64,000 nt of DNA from a virus. Below are positions 36,740 to 46,875 of this stretch, in pieces. Under the pieces are notes generated by a model that had not been told where the DNA came from, made no database searches, and saw only the letters and a program-made list of their open reading frames with translations. The DNA lies in IMG/VR virus record IMGVR_UViG_3300021977_000001; one strand, 5' to 3'. Made by a program: the position numbers and the translations under genes. The stretch's first letter is position 1; each line of letters starts with the position of its first letter.

Positions 36740-37343
36740 CGATAAAGGGATATTTACCTTAGCAAGTCCATTCCTTACGTTAACAGGGGTCGAGTATACG
36801 GTAACTAATATCTCGACCATTGATACAATGTTGGCACGTGGTGATGATGTTTTACAGGATGTATTTCTAGGCAATGGATTAACCGCCGATGATTACACTA
36901 GCGCCATTGCTAATAAAACACTTATTGTTACATTAACAAGTGCAGTCAATACAACCATCACCCTGCCTGCTAGCTACATTACAGGTACGCCTAATATCAA
37001 TACTGTACCATACGCCAGACGCATCTTGTCGGTAGATCTTGGAAGTCTACCTACTAACTATCCGTTAGACGGTCTTAAAGTAATATTAAAAGACACAGTA
37101 TTGGCAGCCGCAGGCGTTACAGCTACCCTTAATGAATACACCGCCTCTACTACTGGGGCAGTCAGTATGGATCAACATGTTGCTTTAGAAGATGAACGTA
37201 GTCGTTTGAAGACAACAGGGGAGACAGAAAGACAACGCCGTATAAAGGCGGAGCAAAACGCTGCAGCATATAAGGAAAGAATGCTGGCGTTAGAGAAGAT
37301 TGTTGTAGAACAGCAAAAACGCCTAGACGAGCAGGACGCATAA
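36717..37343 (+). CDS. hypothetical protein with C-terminal coiled coil (~208 aa; start reassigned to GTG 36717)
   Basis: GAGGAG 7 nt before GTG; conserved partner of the preceding gene. Confidence 0.65.
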   Translation: MTTLVKVNDKGIFTLASPFLTLTGVEYTVTNISTIDTMLARGDDVLQDVFLGNGLTADDYTSAIANKTLIVTLTSAVNTTITLPASYITGTPNINTVPYARRILSVDLGSLPTNYPLDGLKVILKDTVLAAAGVTATLNEYTASTTGAVSMDQHVALEDERSRLKTTGETERQRRIKAEQNAAAYKERMLALEKIVVEQQKRLDEQDA

Positions 37344-37347
37344 AGCC

Positions 37348-37386
37348 CTACCTCTACCCTTAACAGGTAGAGGTAGGTTATGCCGT
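37348..37386. terminator. Bidirectional hairpin between convergent genes
   Basis: CTACCTCTACC/GGTAGAGGTAG at 37348-37376; TATGCCGT at 37379-37386. Confidence 0.8.
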
Positions 37387-38396
37387 TAACCATCAGGTGC
37401 GTGTACGGTCTTACCATCGATTGGGCTAGATGCTTTAAGGTCTTTAAAGTCACCGCTCTTCCCTTTAATGGTACCTTCACCGGTTATTCCACCAGACACA
37501 TTCAATGCGCCACCTATCTTCACATTACCTGTAAATTCGGTATTAGGGGTAGTGAATTTAGTTGAAGGGTTATTAACGGTTAGGCTACCGCCCGACTTAA
37601 TAGAAATAGACCCTTTAACATCTACGGTTTCATTACCACCTACAGACGTAGAGTAGTTGCCACCGATGTCAAAAGCAACGTGGCGACCCACCGTCATCTT
37701 AACATCGCGATCTACAGTAAATGTCATGTCTTGTGGGGCATAGGCGTTGATGTCTTTCTGATTAAGCTCAAAGAACGTCGTCTCTTTGTTGTGAGCTTTG
37801 ATGTGCGTATTTTCACTATCTAGGAATATATAGTTATCCACATTATCAGTCAGTGTGAATTTACCTACCTTAGTATCTAATAAGAACTGGTAGGCAAAGG
37901 GTTCGCCATTATTCATATTAGTGACTAACTCGATCTTCTGATCATGGGTAGATATGGTTAAGCGATAACTGTTTTCATCAGTCATTGCTTCTACATCAGT
38001 TGTAGGGTCAGGGACATTTGACCAACGATATACCACCGTCTCTAAACGACGCAATACATCATCACGACCCATGCTAGTATAAAAGTATTTATCAGTATCC
38101 GCATATTGCCAAATAAGTACCTGTTCGCCTCTCATGAGGTCTGGAGGCGTTTCTCGGTTAGTTTCTAAACTTAACCACGTCGCTTTCAAGGTCTTATCAA
38201 TATCCACTTGAGCGGACCACTCACCCCCGAATCCATCTAGACCTTTACTATAAAAGGTTTTCTCATCCTGTTTAATTTCACCTAATTGAAAGGGAAGGAT
38301 CTCTATAGGCGTAATTAAGACTTCAGGATTATCGCGTTCTTTATTCTCGGCTACAATGCCGATCGATATAACGCGTAAACGTGTTTGTAATGTCAT
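37386..38396 (-). CDS. baseplate central spike (gpV/gp5-like OB-fold plus beta-helix; phiKZ gp164-like), 336 aa
   Basis: SIGIVAENK, ATWL..TNRETPPDLMRGEQVLIWQY, and a C-terminal Gly/Val/Thr beta-helix repeat. Confidence 0.75.
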   Translation of the reverse strand: MTLQTRLRVISIGIVAENKERDNPEVLITPIEILPFQLGEIKQDEKTFYSKGLDGFGGEWSAQVDIDKTLKATWLSLETNRETPPDLMRGEQVLIWQYADTDKYFYTSMGRDDVLRRLETVVYRWSNVPDPTTDVEAMTDENSYRLTISTHDQKIELVTNMNNGEPFAYQFLLDTKVGKFTLTDNVDNYIFLDSENTHIKAHNKETTFFELNQKDINAYAPQDMTFTVDRDVKMTVGRHVAFDIGGNYSTSVGGNETVDVKGSISIKSGGSLTVNNPSTKFTTPNTEFTGNVKIGGALNVSGGITGEGTIKGKSGDFKDLKASSPIDGKTVHAPDG

Positions 38397-38508
38397 CGTT
38401 TATCCCGTATTAATGATTTCAATCACAACATTAAGCACAAGGCAGTAATTAGCAACTGTCGATTTAAACACAATAACACTATCTTTTGAAATAGGGAGAT
38501 AAATCAGC

Positions 38509-39051
38509 ATGGGTATAATCCATAAACGCTTTATAACAAAACGCAAACAAGCAGCCAAGCTTAAAAATAAGTCAGGTGCTTTAAAAACAGTAGCGAGATC
38601 AATGGATAACGATGTTATTATTTGTCGATGCGAAAAGACTATAGATGGGGAGACATACGGTCCCTTTACTGCATCGGTGTACGATAAAAGCCTAACGGAT
38701 GTGGTTAATTATTACAAAGATAATCTACCTATCATGCCTGAACCTAGCGATGAAGGATTACGTATCCATCATGGTCTACGTGTAGGATTAGAGATTAAAG
38801 ACTTTGTAACGTGGTTTCCTAACGTCTTTGCAGGACGTAGATTATCAAAAGCCGGGTTCCAGTTTAATATATATACACTTCATCCATCTAAAATACAATG
38901 TGGTAAGACCCAGGTCGTTTATCACCCCGATAACGCTATTAAACTTGCAAGTATGGATTATGGGTCCATGATGAGTTTTTATGAACGTTGGGTGATGAAG
39001 AAAGGACGTTTAAATGAAAATACAAAAACTAATATTGAGCCAATACAGTAG
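38509..39051 (+). CDS. hypothetical protein (180 aa)
   Basis: GGGAG RBS; overlaps the sbcC start. Confidence 0.7.
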   Translation: MGIIHKRFITKRKQAAKLKNKSGALKTVARSMDNDVIICRCEKTIDGETYGPFTASVYDKSLTDVVNYYKDNLPIMPEPSDEGLRIHHGLRVGLEIKDFVTWFPNVFAGRRLSKAGFQFNIYTLHPSKIQCGKTQVVYHPDNAIKLASMDYGSMMSFYERWVMKKGRLNENTKTNIEPIQ

Positions 39052-41485
39052 ATTTGCATTAAGCGAGATACCTTATATCTGTATCGATTTCTCAACACCC
39101 ATGCAGTTGATACTAGGGACTAATGGGTCAGGTAAATCTAGCCTGTTAAGTGAGCTGACACCATTACCTGCGAATCCTCAGGATTTTGAAAAGGGCGGCT
39201 TTAAAGAGCTACATGTTAACTTTAAAGGTGATGAGTTTATTATTCGCTCAGACATTAGCCGTGGTGCTAAACATTCATTTATTAAAAACGGTACTGAACT
39301 TAACCCAGGTGGAACGGCCTTAGTTCAAAAGGACATGGTAGAAAGAGAGCTAGGGTATACCACAGCGTTGCACACAGTGCTAACTGGCAAGATGCGATTT
39401 ACCCAAATGGCTCCTGCTAAGCGACGAGAGTGGATAGCTAAACTAAGTACCACTGACATGAGTTACGCCCATGCTATATTTGATGCCGTTAAAGTAGCAG
39501 CACGTGATAATCAAGGTGCGCTTAAACACGTTAAAGAGAAAGTCTCTCAACAACAAGCAAGATTAGTGTCGTTAGAAGCTGCTTCAAATTTACAAGACCG
39601 TGTCGATGAGTGCCATAAGGACATAGAGGCACTGTTAACAGACAGACAGTCTAATACCCCTACACCTCAGGATATTAAGCAGCAAATTCAATCTCGTCGA
39701 GATAACGTACTTAAACTATCTAAGCGGTTATTAACTACGGATTTAAGCCCATGGATAAAGACAGGCTTTACTACCGTCTTTGATTTTGAAGAAGCGATTG
39801 TTAAACTGCAGTTAAAAGAAGCAGAACTTAAAGCTAAGCGCGATAACTATACTGAGACACTTCACGATCTTCAGACTATGCTAACGCAGATGGATAGACT
39901 AGGTGCAGTAAGTTTAGATGATCTGTTAAAAAAGCGAGCAGAGTTAGAAGAACGTCAGACGCTTATCGCGTTTAGCGGTGAATGGGACATTCCCAAACAA
40001 GACGCTGAGGCGCTCTACAGGGACGTTACATCAGCATTTGTACCTTTGCGTGACTGGGCGGTAGAAATGCCGACACAGATGAAACCAGAGTACAATAAGG
40101 CGGCTTATCAAGAAGCAGTAGAGTATGTTAAGGGGTTAGAGCGAGAAACGTTAAGTTTAAAACGCAAGCTGGAAAGCCTTCAGCATCGCATTCAACACAT
40201 GAAGCAAGCCAGAGAATTAGAATGTCCTAAATGTAACTACATATGGCGTCCTGGTGTGTCTGAAAATGAACTTAAGGAATCCCTAGTACAGCAAGAAACA
40301 ATCTCTAATTTAATTGATAGTAAGGACAGAGAGTATAAAGGGTATGTTGAGAAACTAGAAGCCTATCAGCAGTACGTTAGAAATCTTAATCGCCTACAGG
40401 CTATCATGGAAAGCTATCCTAGATGCAGTGCGTTGTGGGAGCGTGTTAAACGCGATAAATACTACGACACATCACCTCTACAAATCATGCACACTTATGA
40501 TACGTTTAAAGACTACGTCATGATGTTAAAAGACCAGCAAGCGTTGGATGATGAAATAGCGCTTATTGATGCGTCTATTAAGAAATGTCATGAAAGTAAG
40601 GGGTTAGATGGCTTAGAGGTGGAAAAGCGCGTAGAGGAGCTTGAGCGACGTTTAGATGATGTTATTAAAGCAATATCTAAGACAAGCGATGAGATAGCTC
40701 GATTGCAGGCAGGTAAAGGTGAGTTTGATCGTTACTTTAAAGACACAGGTGTAGTAAGTGATGCTTTGGTAGATTTAGAATCTCTACGTGACCAGCTTAT
40801 TGAATCTCAACGACAATCAGTTATCGGTTCGGTATTGCAAGAAAGACAACAAACGTTATCGGTATTGTCATCTACGCTTAATCAGAAAGTTACATTAGAG
40901 CAGATGATTGCAGAACTTCGTGAATCTCAAGCTCAATTGGAAACAGAAACACAAGGATGGCAAGACCTACAGCACATGTTATCTCCGGCAACCGGTATCA
41001 TTGCAGATCAAATGACAGGGTTTATTAAATGTCTATTAGATCAGATGAATACTATCATTGCTAAAGTTTGGCATCATCGTCTAGTCGTACTACCTTGCGC
41101 TAACCAATCAGGCACATTAGACTATAAGTTTCCGTTTGTAGTAGGTGAAGATGATAAGCGTGTGGGTGATGTAGGACTAGGTAGCGAAGGTCAGATGGAG
41201 ATGATAGACTTTGCTTTTATGGTAACAGTAATGCACTTCATGGATCTACATGAATACCCAATGCTCTTAGATGAGACAGGTCGTACATTCGACGCTGTTC
41301 ACCGCAATCGTTTAATGGGGTATATTAAACTTCTGGTAGAGACTGGCCAAGCATCTCAACTATTCCTAGTTAACCACTTCGCTAGCTTTAGTGGTGGGTT
41401 TACTAATGCAGAGTTTTGCGTATTAGATGATCAAAACGTATCACTACCCTCAACCTATAACGAACACGTTAGCTTTACAGCATAA
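39014..41485 (+). CDS. sbcC: SbcC/Rad50-like SMC ATPase (phiKZ gp165-like), 823 aa
   Basis: Walker A GTNGSGKS, central zinc hook CPKC, signature GSEGQ, Walker B MLLDE, H-switch LVNH, long coiled coils. Confidence 0.92.
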   Translation: MKIQKLILSQYSRFALSEIPYICIDFSTPMQLILGTNGSGKSSLLSELTPLPANPQDFEKGGFKELHVNFKGDEFIIRSDISRGAKHSFIKNGTELNPGGTALVQKDMVERELGYTTALHTVLTGKMRFTQMAPAKRREWIAKLSTTDMSYAHAIFDAVKVAARDNQGALKHVKEKVSQQQARLVSLEAASNLQDRVDECHKDIEALLTDRQSNTPTPQDIKQQIQSRRDNVLKLSKRLLTTDLSPWIKTGFTTVFDFEEAIVKLQLKEAELKAKRDNYTETLHDLQTMLTQMDRLGAVSLDDLLKKRAELEERQTLIAFSGEWDIPKQDAEALYRDVTSAFVPLRDWAVEMPTQMKPEYNKAAYQEAVEYVKGLERETLSLKRKLESLQHRIQHMKQARELECPKCNYIWRPGVSENELKESLVQQETISNLIDSKDREYKGYVEKLEAYQQYVRNLNRLQAIMESYPRCSALWERVKRDKYYDTSPLQIMHTYDTFKDYVMMLKDQQALDDEIALIDASIKKCHESKGLDGLEVEKRVEELERRLDDVIKAISKTSDEIARLQAGKGEFDRYFKDTGVVSDALVDLESLRDQLIESQRQSVIGSVLQERQQTLSVLSSTLNQKVTLEQMIAELRESQAQLETETQGWQDLQHMLSPATGIIADQMTGFIKCLLDQMNTIIAKVWHHRLVVLPCANQSGTLDYKFPFVVGEDDKRVGDVGLGSEGQMEMIDFAFMVTVMHFMDLHEYPMLLDETGRTFDAVHRNRLMGYIKLLVETGQASQLFLVNHFASFSGGFTNAEFCVLDDQNVSLPSTYNEHVSFTA

Positions 41486-41487
41486 GA

Positions 41488-41531
41488 ACCTAACCACCCG
41501 GCCTGATGGCTAGGTGGTTAGTTTATGCCGT
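41488..41531. terminator. Bidirectional hairpin between convergent genes
   Basis: CTAACCACC..GGTGGTTAG; TATGCCGT at 41524-41531. Confidence 0.75.
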
Positions 41532-42730
41532 TATAACAGGCTATAGAACCGTTTAAGTGTTGGTGGTCTTCTGTTTCTACGGGAAGTAGGGAAACGAGTA
41601 GGCGCAACGGCGATAGGAAGATCCATCAAGGTATCAAGCATTAATGTTTTCTCTTCTTTGACGCGTGCAGAGACGAGATAATCATCCTTGCTTCCTATTA
41701 GCGTATATTCAGCAATCAAACCCTCGTTGTCAAATAAAATACCTTGAGGGATAGACGCGCTGCGATACTTTCCAGGTAATCCTGTTTCTTGTAGACGTTC
41801 TTCATCCGTGCAAACATTATCATGATCGATTGTAATAACAAAGCTAAACGGATGCGTCATGTAGCGTCTAATAAACGAATTAGAGTGAATGTCTTTAACC
41901 TGGATGTTGCCGATTGGGTTAATCAAATCATCTAACTGAATATCTTCACGCGATAATAATACACGACGGATAAGCGGGTAGGTCTTAAGGTTAACTTTAA
42001 TAGTGTTATCACCGATGACCTGGTAGGTGTCATCTAAGGCGATTAGATAACCACCGATACACAACATCACTGTTTTATTACTTAAATCTACGTCAGGTAG
42101 ATTGATAAGAAACTGCTCGTGAGCAGGGATGCGTATATCGGTAAGGATGTTTTCATCCTTTAGCCCGTAGGTGTTAATCTCACCTAGCTGAGAGAAGTTC
42201 AACAATCCGATATGGTTACCGTCAGTTCGCTCTAAGGTCTCTCCTGCACGCAACACATAAAGACGTTGGCTAGTGGCGCTAGTGCGGTGAAGGTAGCCGT
42301 TGACAGTAAACAGACTATGTTTAGCAAGCTGTACATAGTCCATATCGTCATGTTCCAATAACGCGTCAGGACCCTGCTTGCCTATAGTAGGGTTAGTGAC
42401 GTGCTTAGTATGGTCAGAGCGAGTTACGGTAAATTCATGATCAAACACATCCGCATAGAAGGCGTTGATAGGGTGGTCTATATCAGGTACGTCAGGTAAC
42501 CAAGGTAACGTAGAGGTGATGTTAGAGAAGTAATCAGCCACTAAGGTATTGGAGTAACGTAATGTCTTATCCATGTCGTTAAGCAACAGTGCCTTTTCTT
42601 CACCCGCAGCGACTATAATAAAAAGCACATGCTTATAGTCTTGGAACAATGTTTTAAATGAAAGTTGGGAAACATCTACCGTTTCCCATTGTCTATTTTG
42701 TTGTACAAAGGCACGTGATAAGGTATACAC
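41531..42730 (-). CDS. putative virion structural protein (399 aa)
   Basis: HSLFTVNGYLH and NKTVMLCIGGYL motifs resemble a conserved phiKZ-like virion family; AGGAG RBS with GTG start. Confidence 0.6.
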   Translation of the reverse strand: MYTLSRAFVQQNRQWETVDVSQLSFKTLFQDYKHVLFIIVAAGEEKALLLNDMDKTLRYSNTLVADYFSNITSTLPWLPDVPDIDHPINAFYADVFDHEFTVTRSDHTKHVTNPTIGKQGPDALLEHDDMDYVQLAKHSLFTVNGYLHRTSATSQRLYVLRAGETLERTDGNHIGLLNFSQLGEINTYGLKDENILTDIRIPAHEQFLINLPDVDLSNKTVMLCIGGYLIALDDTYQVIGDNTIKVNLKTYPLIRRVLLSREDIQLDDLINPIGNIQVKDIHSNSFIRRYMTHPFSFVITIDHDNVCTDEERLQETGLPGKYRSASIPQGILFDNEGLIAEYTLIGSKDDYLVSARVKEEKTLMLDTLMDLPIAVAPTRFPTSRRNRRPPTLKRFYSLL

Positions 42731-42858
42731 AACCTGTCTCCTTTATAGATATATTAATGGGCTAATCATAGTTTACCTACGTGGGGCTTAAATATTATGT
42801 GAACCCCATGTATTTTATTAATTATATTTACCTATGTTGACCAAAGGAGTCAGTCAGA

Positions 42859-43980
42859 ATGTCAGATCAAAGCTACCTCTACGACTACGACCCAACTGGT
42901 CAGGCTGCTTCTAATTTAAGGCGGGATGAGAACCACGTCCTCACCGCAGATAATGGCGATAATTATCATCTCATTATCCCCGACATCTCTCCTTTCTATA
43001 AGGAAGGATTTGTCCTTACTCACGAGGATAGCGCTGACCCCTTGCAAGTAGGTAAAGATTATATCTTTACCCATCAATACACCAAGCCCGAAGATAACTT
43101 GGGTGGTGATGCTTTTGGCAGCATTACCTTACTAGATCGCGAACTTAACGGTAACTTTACCATTGAAAGTTATCAAGTAATGGGTGGACCTCATAGTCAG
43201 GAAGGCAAAGAACTTCTAGCCGCTATTGGTAATCTAGCCGCGTTTGCTGATACGCGAACCATGGCAGATATCATCGGCTTGCCTGAATTCTACCCGCCCT
43301 CTGCACACGTTGTAGATGGTGAGGATCTAACTGACCTTAATCACGTTATTGCTGCTTTACAAGAAGTACGGGCGGCAATCAGTGGCGAGTATAAAGCGAA
43401 CCATACTCATGCCATAGACCAAATCTTAGGTTTAGAAGACCGCCTTAGCCAGATGGCTGTGGTTAACCGGTCTCACAAACCTGCGCCTGCTAATGGATAT
43501 AGCTTTGCTAACCAAGTGGGCTCAGTAGCTATTCGCCTGCCTAAACTTAATAATGCACTTCGTGTCACTGTAGAAGTAGCGGTGTTAAGTGAGGATGAAC
43601 CCACTATCTATTATCTATCAGGATTAGTAGGTAGTCGTTACCAAACGGTAGCAGGTGCTAGCTGGGAAGATACTACAGCGACTTATCAAGGTCATCGTCA
43701 TGTCCTAGATGCGTTCTTTACTTATGACGTCGATAATTATCCTACCATTTATTTAGGTAAGGACGATGCCTGGAGCAACCACCATGTGGTTATCCGATCG
43801 ATCACCATAGGGACGACCGTTCCTCAGATTTACAATCAAGGCTACGTGGTTTATTTTGCCAATGATGTGACTGGTGAAGCTACGCTTGTTGAGAAAATCC
43901 TAGGTTTGGATCGCATAGAAAGCCGTCTGACCAAGCTAAGTTTAAACTCGTTTTATCCCGGGCTATTTAAGCACATTTAA
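42859..43980 (+). CDS. tail fibre base/adaptor protein (373 aa), phiKZ-type YxxDPTG family
   Basis: YDYDPTG..N...E.H.L, IIPDISPFY, GKDYIF, YQVMGG, PEFYPPSAH. Confidence 0.7.
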   Translation: MSDQSYLYDYDPTGQAASNLRRDENHVLTADNGDNYHLIIPDISPFYKEGFVLTHEDSADPLQVGKDYIFTHQYTKPEDNLGGDAFGSITLLDRELNGNFTIESYQVMGGPHSQEGKELLAAIGNLAAFADTRTMADIIGLPEFYPPSAHVVDGEDLTDLNHVIAALQEVRAAISGEYKANHTHAIDQILGLEDRLSQMAVVNRSHKPAPANGYSFANQVGSVAIRLPKLNNALRVTVEVAVLSEDEPTIYYLSGLVGSRYQTVAGASWEDTTATYQGHRHVLDAFFTYDVDNYPTIYLGKDDAWSNHHVVIRSITIGTTVPQIYNQGYVVYFANDVTGEATLVEKILGLDRIESRLTKLSLNSFYPGLFKHI

Positions 43981-44025
43981 AACGACCATCTTATTCACTC
44001 CTAATTCTGTTTGAGGTGCCCTCTA

Positions 44026-44610
44026 ATGGCCGATAATGATACTACGACAAATGCCGTACCAACTGTAAGAGAGCTGGTTAACGGACAATACGACCGACTC
44101 AGTAAGTTAGCTGAAGGTTCACGCACGTCTGAAGACATGTTCTATAATGCCAAGGCATTACAAGAAATCCAAAAGGCTGACATCTACAGCCTAACCGAAG
44201 CTGCTATCACCGCCGCCCACGATGCAGCAGGTGCTCGCGATGCGGTTAACCAAGCTGTTATTGACGCCCAGGCGTTTAACACGCTTTATGATGAAGGTCG
44301 CGTAGCGCGTACTATGGTTAACGACATGGCTCCAGATGGTGACCTTGTACCATGGTCTACCTGGCTAGCCGATGTAACTGAAGAAGCAGTAACGCGTACA
44401 TTGCCTTCAGATGATGCCATTCTTGATGGTTCTGAGATTATCATTAAAGATCGTTACGGTCGTGCTAGCAATAACGCTATTAATATTGCTGGACCGATTG
44501 AAGATGTGGCTGATGAAGATCCATTGACAATTTCATCAGATTACGGTTGGGTTTGGTTACGTTGGATGAAAGCGGAATCAAAATGGATTGTTATCGCTGG
44601 TGCGGTATAA
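44026..44610 (+). CDS. tail fibre-associated protein with a T4 gp9/gp10-like C-terminal domain (~194 aa)
   Basis: TLPS..DGSEIIIKDRYGRASNNAINI..LTISSDYGWVWLRW..W; GAGGTG RBS before ATG 44026. Confidence 0.6.
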   Translation: MADNDTTTNAVPTVRELVNGQYDRLSKLAEGSRTSEDMFYNAKALQEIQKADIYSLTEAAITAAHDAAGARDAVNQAVIDAQAFNTLYDEGRVARTMVNDMAPDGDLVPWSTWLADVTEEAVTRTLPSDDAILDGSEIIIKDRYGRASNNAINIAGPIEDVADEDPLTISSDYGWVWLRWMKAESKWIVIAGAV

Positions 44611-44630
44611 TCACTGATCATAAACACATC

Positions 44631-44661
44631 GATGGGTAGGGTAAATCCCTACCCATCTATG
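44631..44661 (+). terminator. Hairpin followed by TATGC
   Basis: GATGGGTAGGG-TAAAT-CCCTACCCATC then TATGCAA. Confidence 0.65.
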
Positions 44662-44683
44662 CAATCTCACTAAGGAGCGGGTT

Positions 44684-45772
44684 ATGTTACCTGAATTACA
44701 AAAGTACCCTTTTGATCCTACGGCGGTGGCATCAACCAACGCGGTCTCGGGTGAAATTATCACCTTAGACACGGTGAGCAATCAGATCATCGTCCCTACC
44801 TATACGCCGTTCTACGCGCAAGGGTTCAGTCTGGCCCCGGTAGGTGGAAATCCTTTAGTCCCAGGTGATGACTATAAACTCGTCTATCTTTACCAAGAAG
44901 CTACCATGGACACGGGTCATGAGGTAGTAACAGCCGTAGCGCTGTTAAACGATAACCTTACTGTCGATGAGCTAGTGCTCAGTTATCAAACGGTAGGTGA
45001 ACGTTATGCTTCAGAAGCTGCTGCTATCCACGAGGTACTTACTACGCTTAACGTTTCTGATCTAACCGTCCATTGGGATGATATTAAGAACAAGAAAGAA
45101 GAGTATCCGCCGGAAGATCACAAACACAGCGGTTACGATTTGGTTGGTCTAAGTGAGTTGGTGGAGAGTATTGGTAATGTTAAAGACGCCATCGATATTT
45201 CTAACGAAGCGTTTGTTGAGCAAATCCTTAAACAACTTGCTAAGAAAACCTCAGACGTTGGCCGTACTAAGCTGATTACGCAGGACGAGGCTGCATTCTT
45301 ACCAGGCGACTACGTTGGACCCTTACGTTTGTTGATTGAAAGATCAATAGATCAAAATGCCATCAATGTCATTGAGTTTGAAATTGTATCACCAAAAGGG
45401 GTAGCACGATACTCGCTGTCTTATAAAGAAATAGAACACGATAATGTTTCTGTTTATTTACACGGCTCTGAGTTATCAGGCGAACGTATTAAGTACTATT
45501 TTGAGTATTTTGATGCGACACGCAACGCTCTATACATAGAGCTAGACGACAACGAGCAGAATTGGGACGAATCCCATCTGTGTGTAACACGAATGACAAC
45601 CTCATGTCTTAGCGGGGAACGTTACCGTACAGGGTGGTTGTGGGGTAAAAACCCAGATCTTACGGATAAGGAAATGCGCTCTGCCGAAAGTGAAACGAAG
45701 AATTTACTGGTAGAGATTGAAGAAGTAAACACCGAATGGCGCAACTACGTTGACCGTCCGGAGAGCTTCTAA
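44684..45772 (+). CDS. tail fibre base/adaptor protein (362 aa), paralogue of 42859-43980
   Basis: YPFDPTA..N...E, IVPTYTPFY, GDDYKL, YQTVG, KEEYPPEDHKH. Confidence 0.7.
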   Translation: MLPELQKYPFDPTAVASTNAVSGEIITLDTVSNQIIVPTYTPFYAQGFSLAPVGGNPLVPGDDYKLVYLYQEATMDTGHEVVTAVALLNDNLTVDELVLSYQTVGERYASEAAAIHEVLTTLNVSDLTVHWDDIKNKKEEYPPEDHKHSGYDLVGLSELVESIGNVKDAIDISNEAFVEQILKQLAKKTSDVGRTKLITQDEAAFLPGDYVGPLRLLIERSIDQNAINVIEFEIVSPKGVARYSLSYKEIEHDNVSVYLHGSELSGERIKYYFEYFDATRNALYIELDDNEQNWDESHLCVTRMTTSCLSGERYRTGWLWGKNPDLTDKEMRSAESETKNLLVEIEEVNTEWRNYVDRPESF

Positions 45773-45856
45773 ATTATCCTATGAGTTCACAGTAGTACGT
45801 GTACAATTAAGGCCGTTTATCGTCTTATAATTGCTTAATTAACGAAGGTGACATTG

Positions 45857-46441
45857 ATGCCTTATGATTTATATACACTACTGCCTACATCCAGCAATGA
45901 TACCGAGATAATCGAACGTTATCACTACCCTAAACTCGGACTGCGTGATGTCATGTTTGCAAGCCGCGTACTAGGCCGTGAAAGTAATGCGTCAAGTACT
46001 CGGTATCGGACGTTGAAGGCTGAGACTCAACAGTCATCAAGTTTATCACGCGATGCGTTTAGAACTGCTAGCGGCGATGCAGGTGTGTTTAAACCCTACC
46101 TGCAGCTCGATGGGCGTGGGGTGTTAAGTGCTGTTCACGGCATGAATCAACCCATGCGCCTACGCATTACAGTCGATGGTGAAGAAAGTGTGACGTATAG
46201 TAACAACTGGGACTATCGTCATCTTATCTGGGGTTATTGGATGCAAGGATCGGTTGAGGGATCAGCTAATGGTTTCTTTTTCTATAAAGGAAGAGAAGCG
46301 ATTACCGATGAATACCGGCAGAACTTCTTTAAGGGTGGGGTTCATTTTGAATCTCAACTTAAAATAGAATACGCTAACCGTTACAGCTGGAGTTCTAGAC
46401 AGACGCTAAGTTGTGATTATTTACTAGGAGATGAGACATGA
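45857..46441 (+). CDS. putative tail fibre distal/receptor-binding domain protein (~194 aa)
   Basis: AAGGTG RBS before ATG 45857; beta-rich and aromatic-rich; within the fibre operon. Confidence 0.5.
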   Translation: MPYDLYTLLPTSSNDTEIIERYHYPKLGLRDVMFASRVLGRESNASSTRYRTLKAETQQSSSLSRDAFRTASGDAGVFKPYLQLDGRGVLSAVHGMNQPMRLRITVDGEESVTYSNNWDYRHLIWGYWMQGSVEGSANGFFFYKGREAITDEYRQNFFKGGVHFESQLKIEYANRYSWSSRQTLSCDYLLGDET

Positions 46442-46863
46442 GTGGTGTCAAAACTATAGTGTCGACCGAGAACCTAAGTCGACCCGGTGAGGAACCGGCT
46501 GACGGCGATCAGATAAGGCACAAATATTCTGACGGCACCGGTAAAGTGATTGTCTATCAAGAAGAAAGCATAGGTGTCGATACAAGCGATACTTTCATCA
46601 TCACTGTAGCTGCGTTTCTAGATCGGTTAGATATAGGTTCAAAGTTAGATACAGTGTACGCGTGGGCTCAGTCAGGTAAGAGCGCCAATCCTCCAGACAT
46701 GACGCTTTACAAGTACCTGACTAATCTCAAACAACGACGTTACATAGACCTGAACGATCCTCGTCTTCGTACCGTTATTGAATCGCTTAACCTCTACACC
46801 GAAGATGACCTTACGGCTATCTTTGCTCCAGCCACATTTATTGAAATCCCAGCGGGACTATAA
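46438..46863 (+). CDS. putative tail fibre assembly chaperone (141 aa)
   Basis: ITVAAFLDRL..YIDLNDPRL motif typical of small genes following fibre genes. Confidence 0.55.
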   Translation: MSGVKTIVSTENLSRPGEEPADGDQIRHKYSDGTGKVIVYQEESIGVDTSDTFIITVAAFLDRLDIGSKLDTVYAWAQSGKSANPPDMTLYKYLTNLKQRRYIDLNDPRLRTVIESLNLYTEDDLTAIFAPATFIEIPAGL

Positions 46864-46875
46864 GGAGATGCTGTT

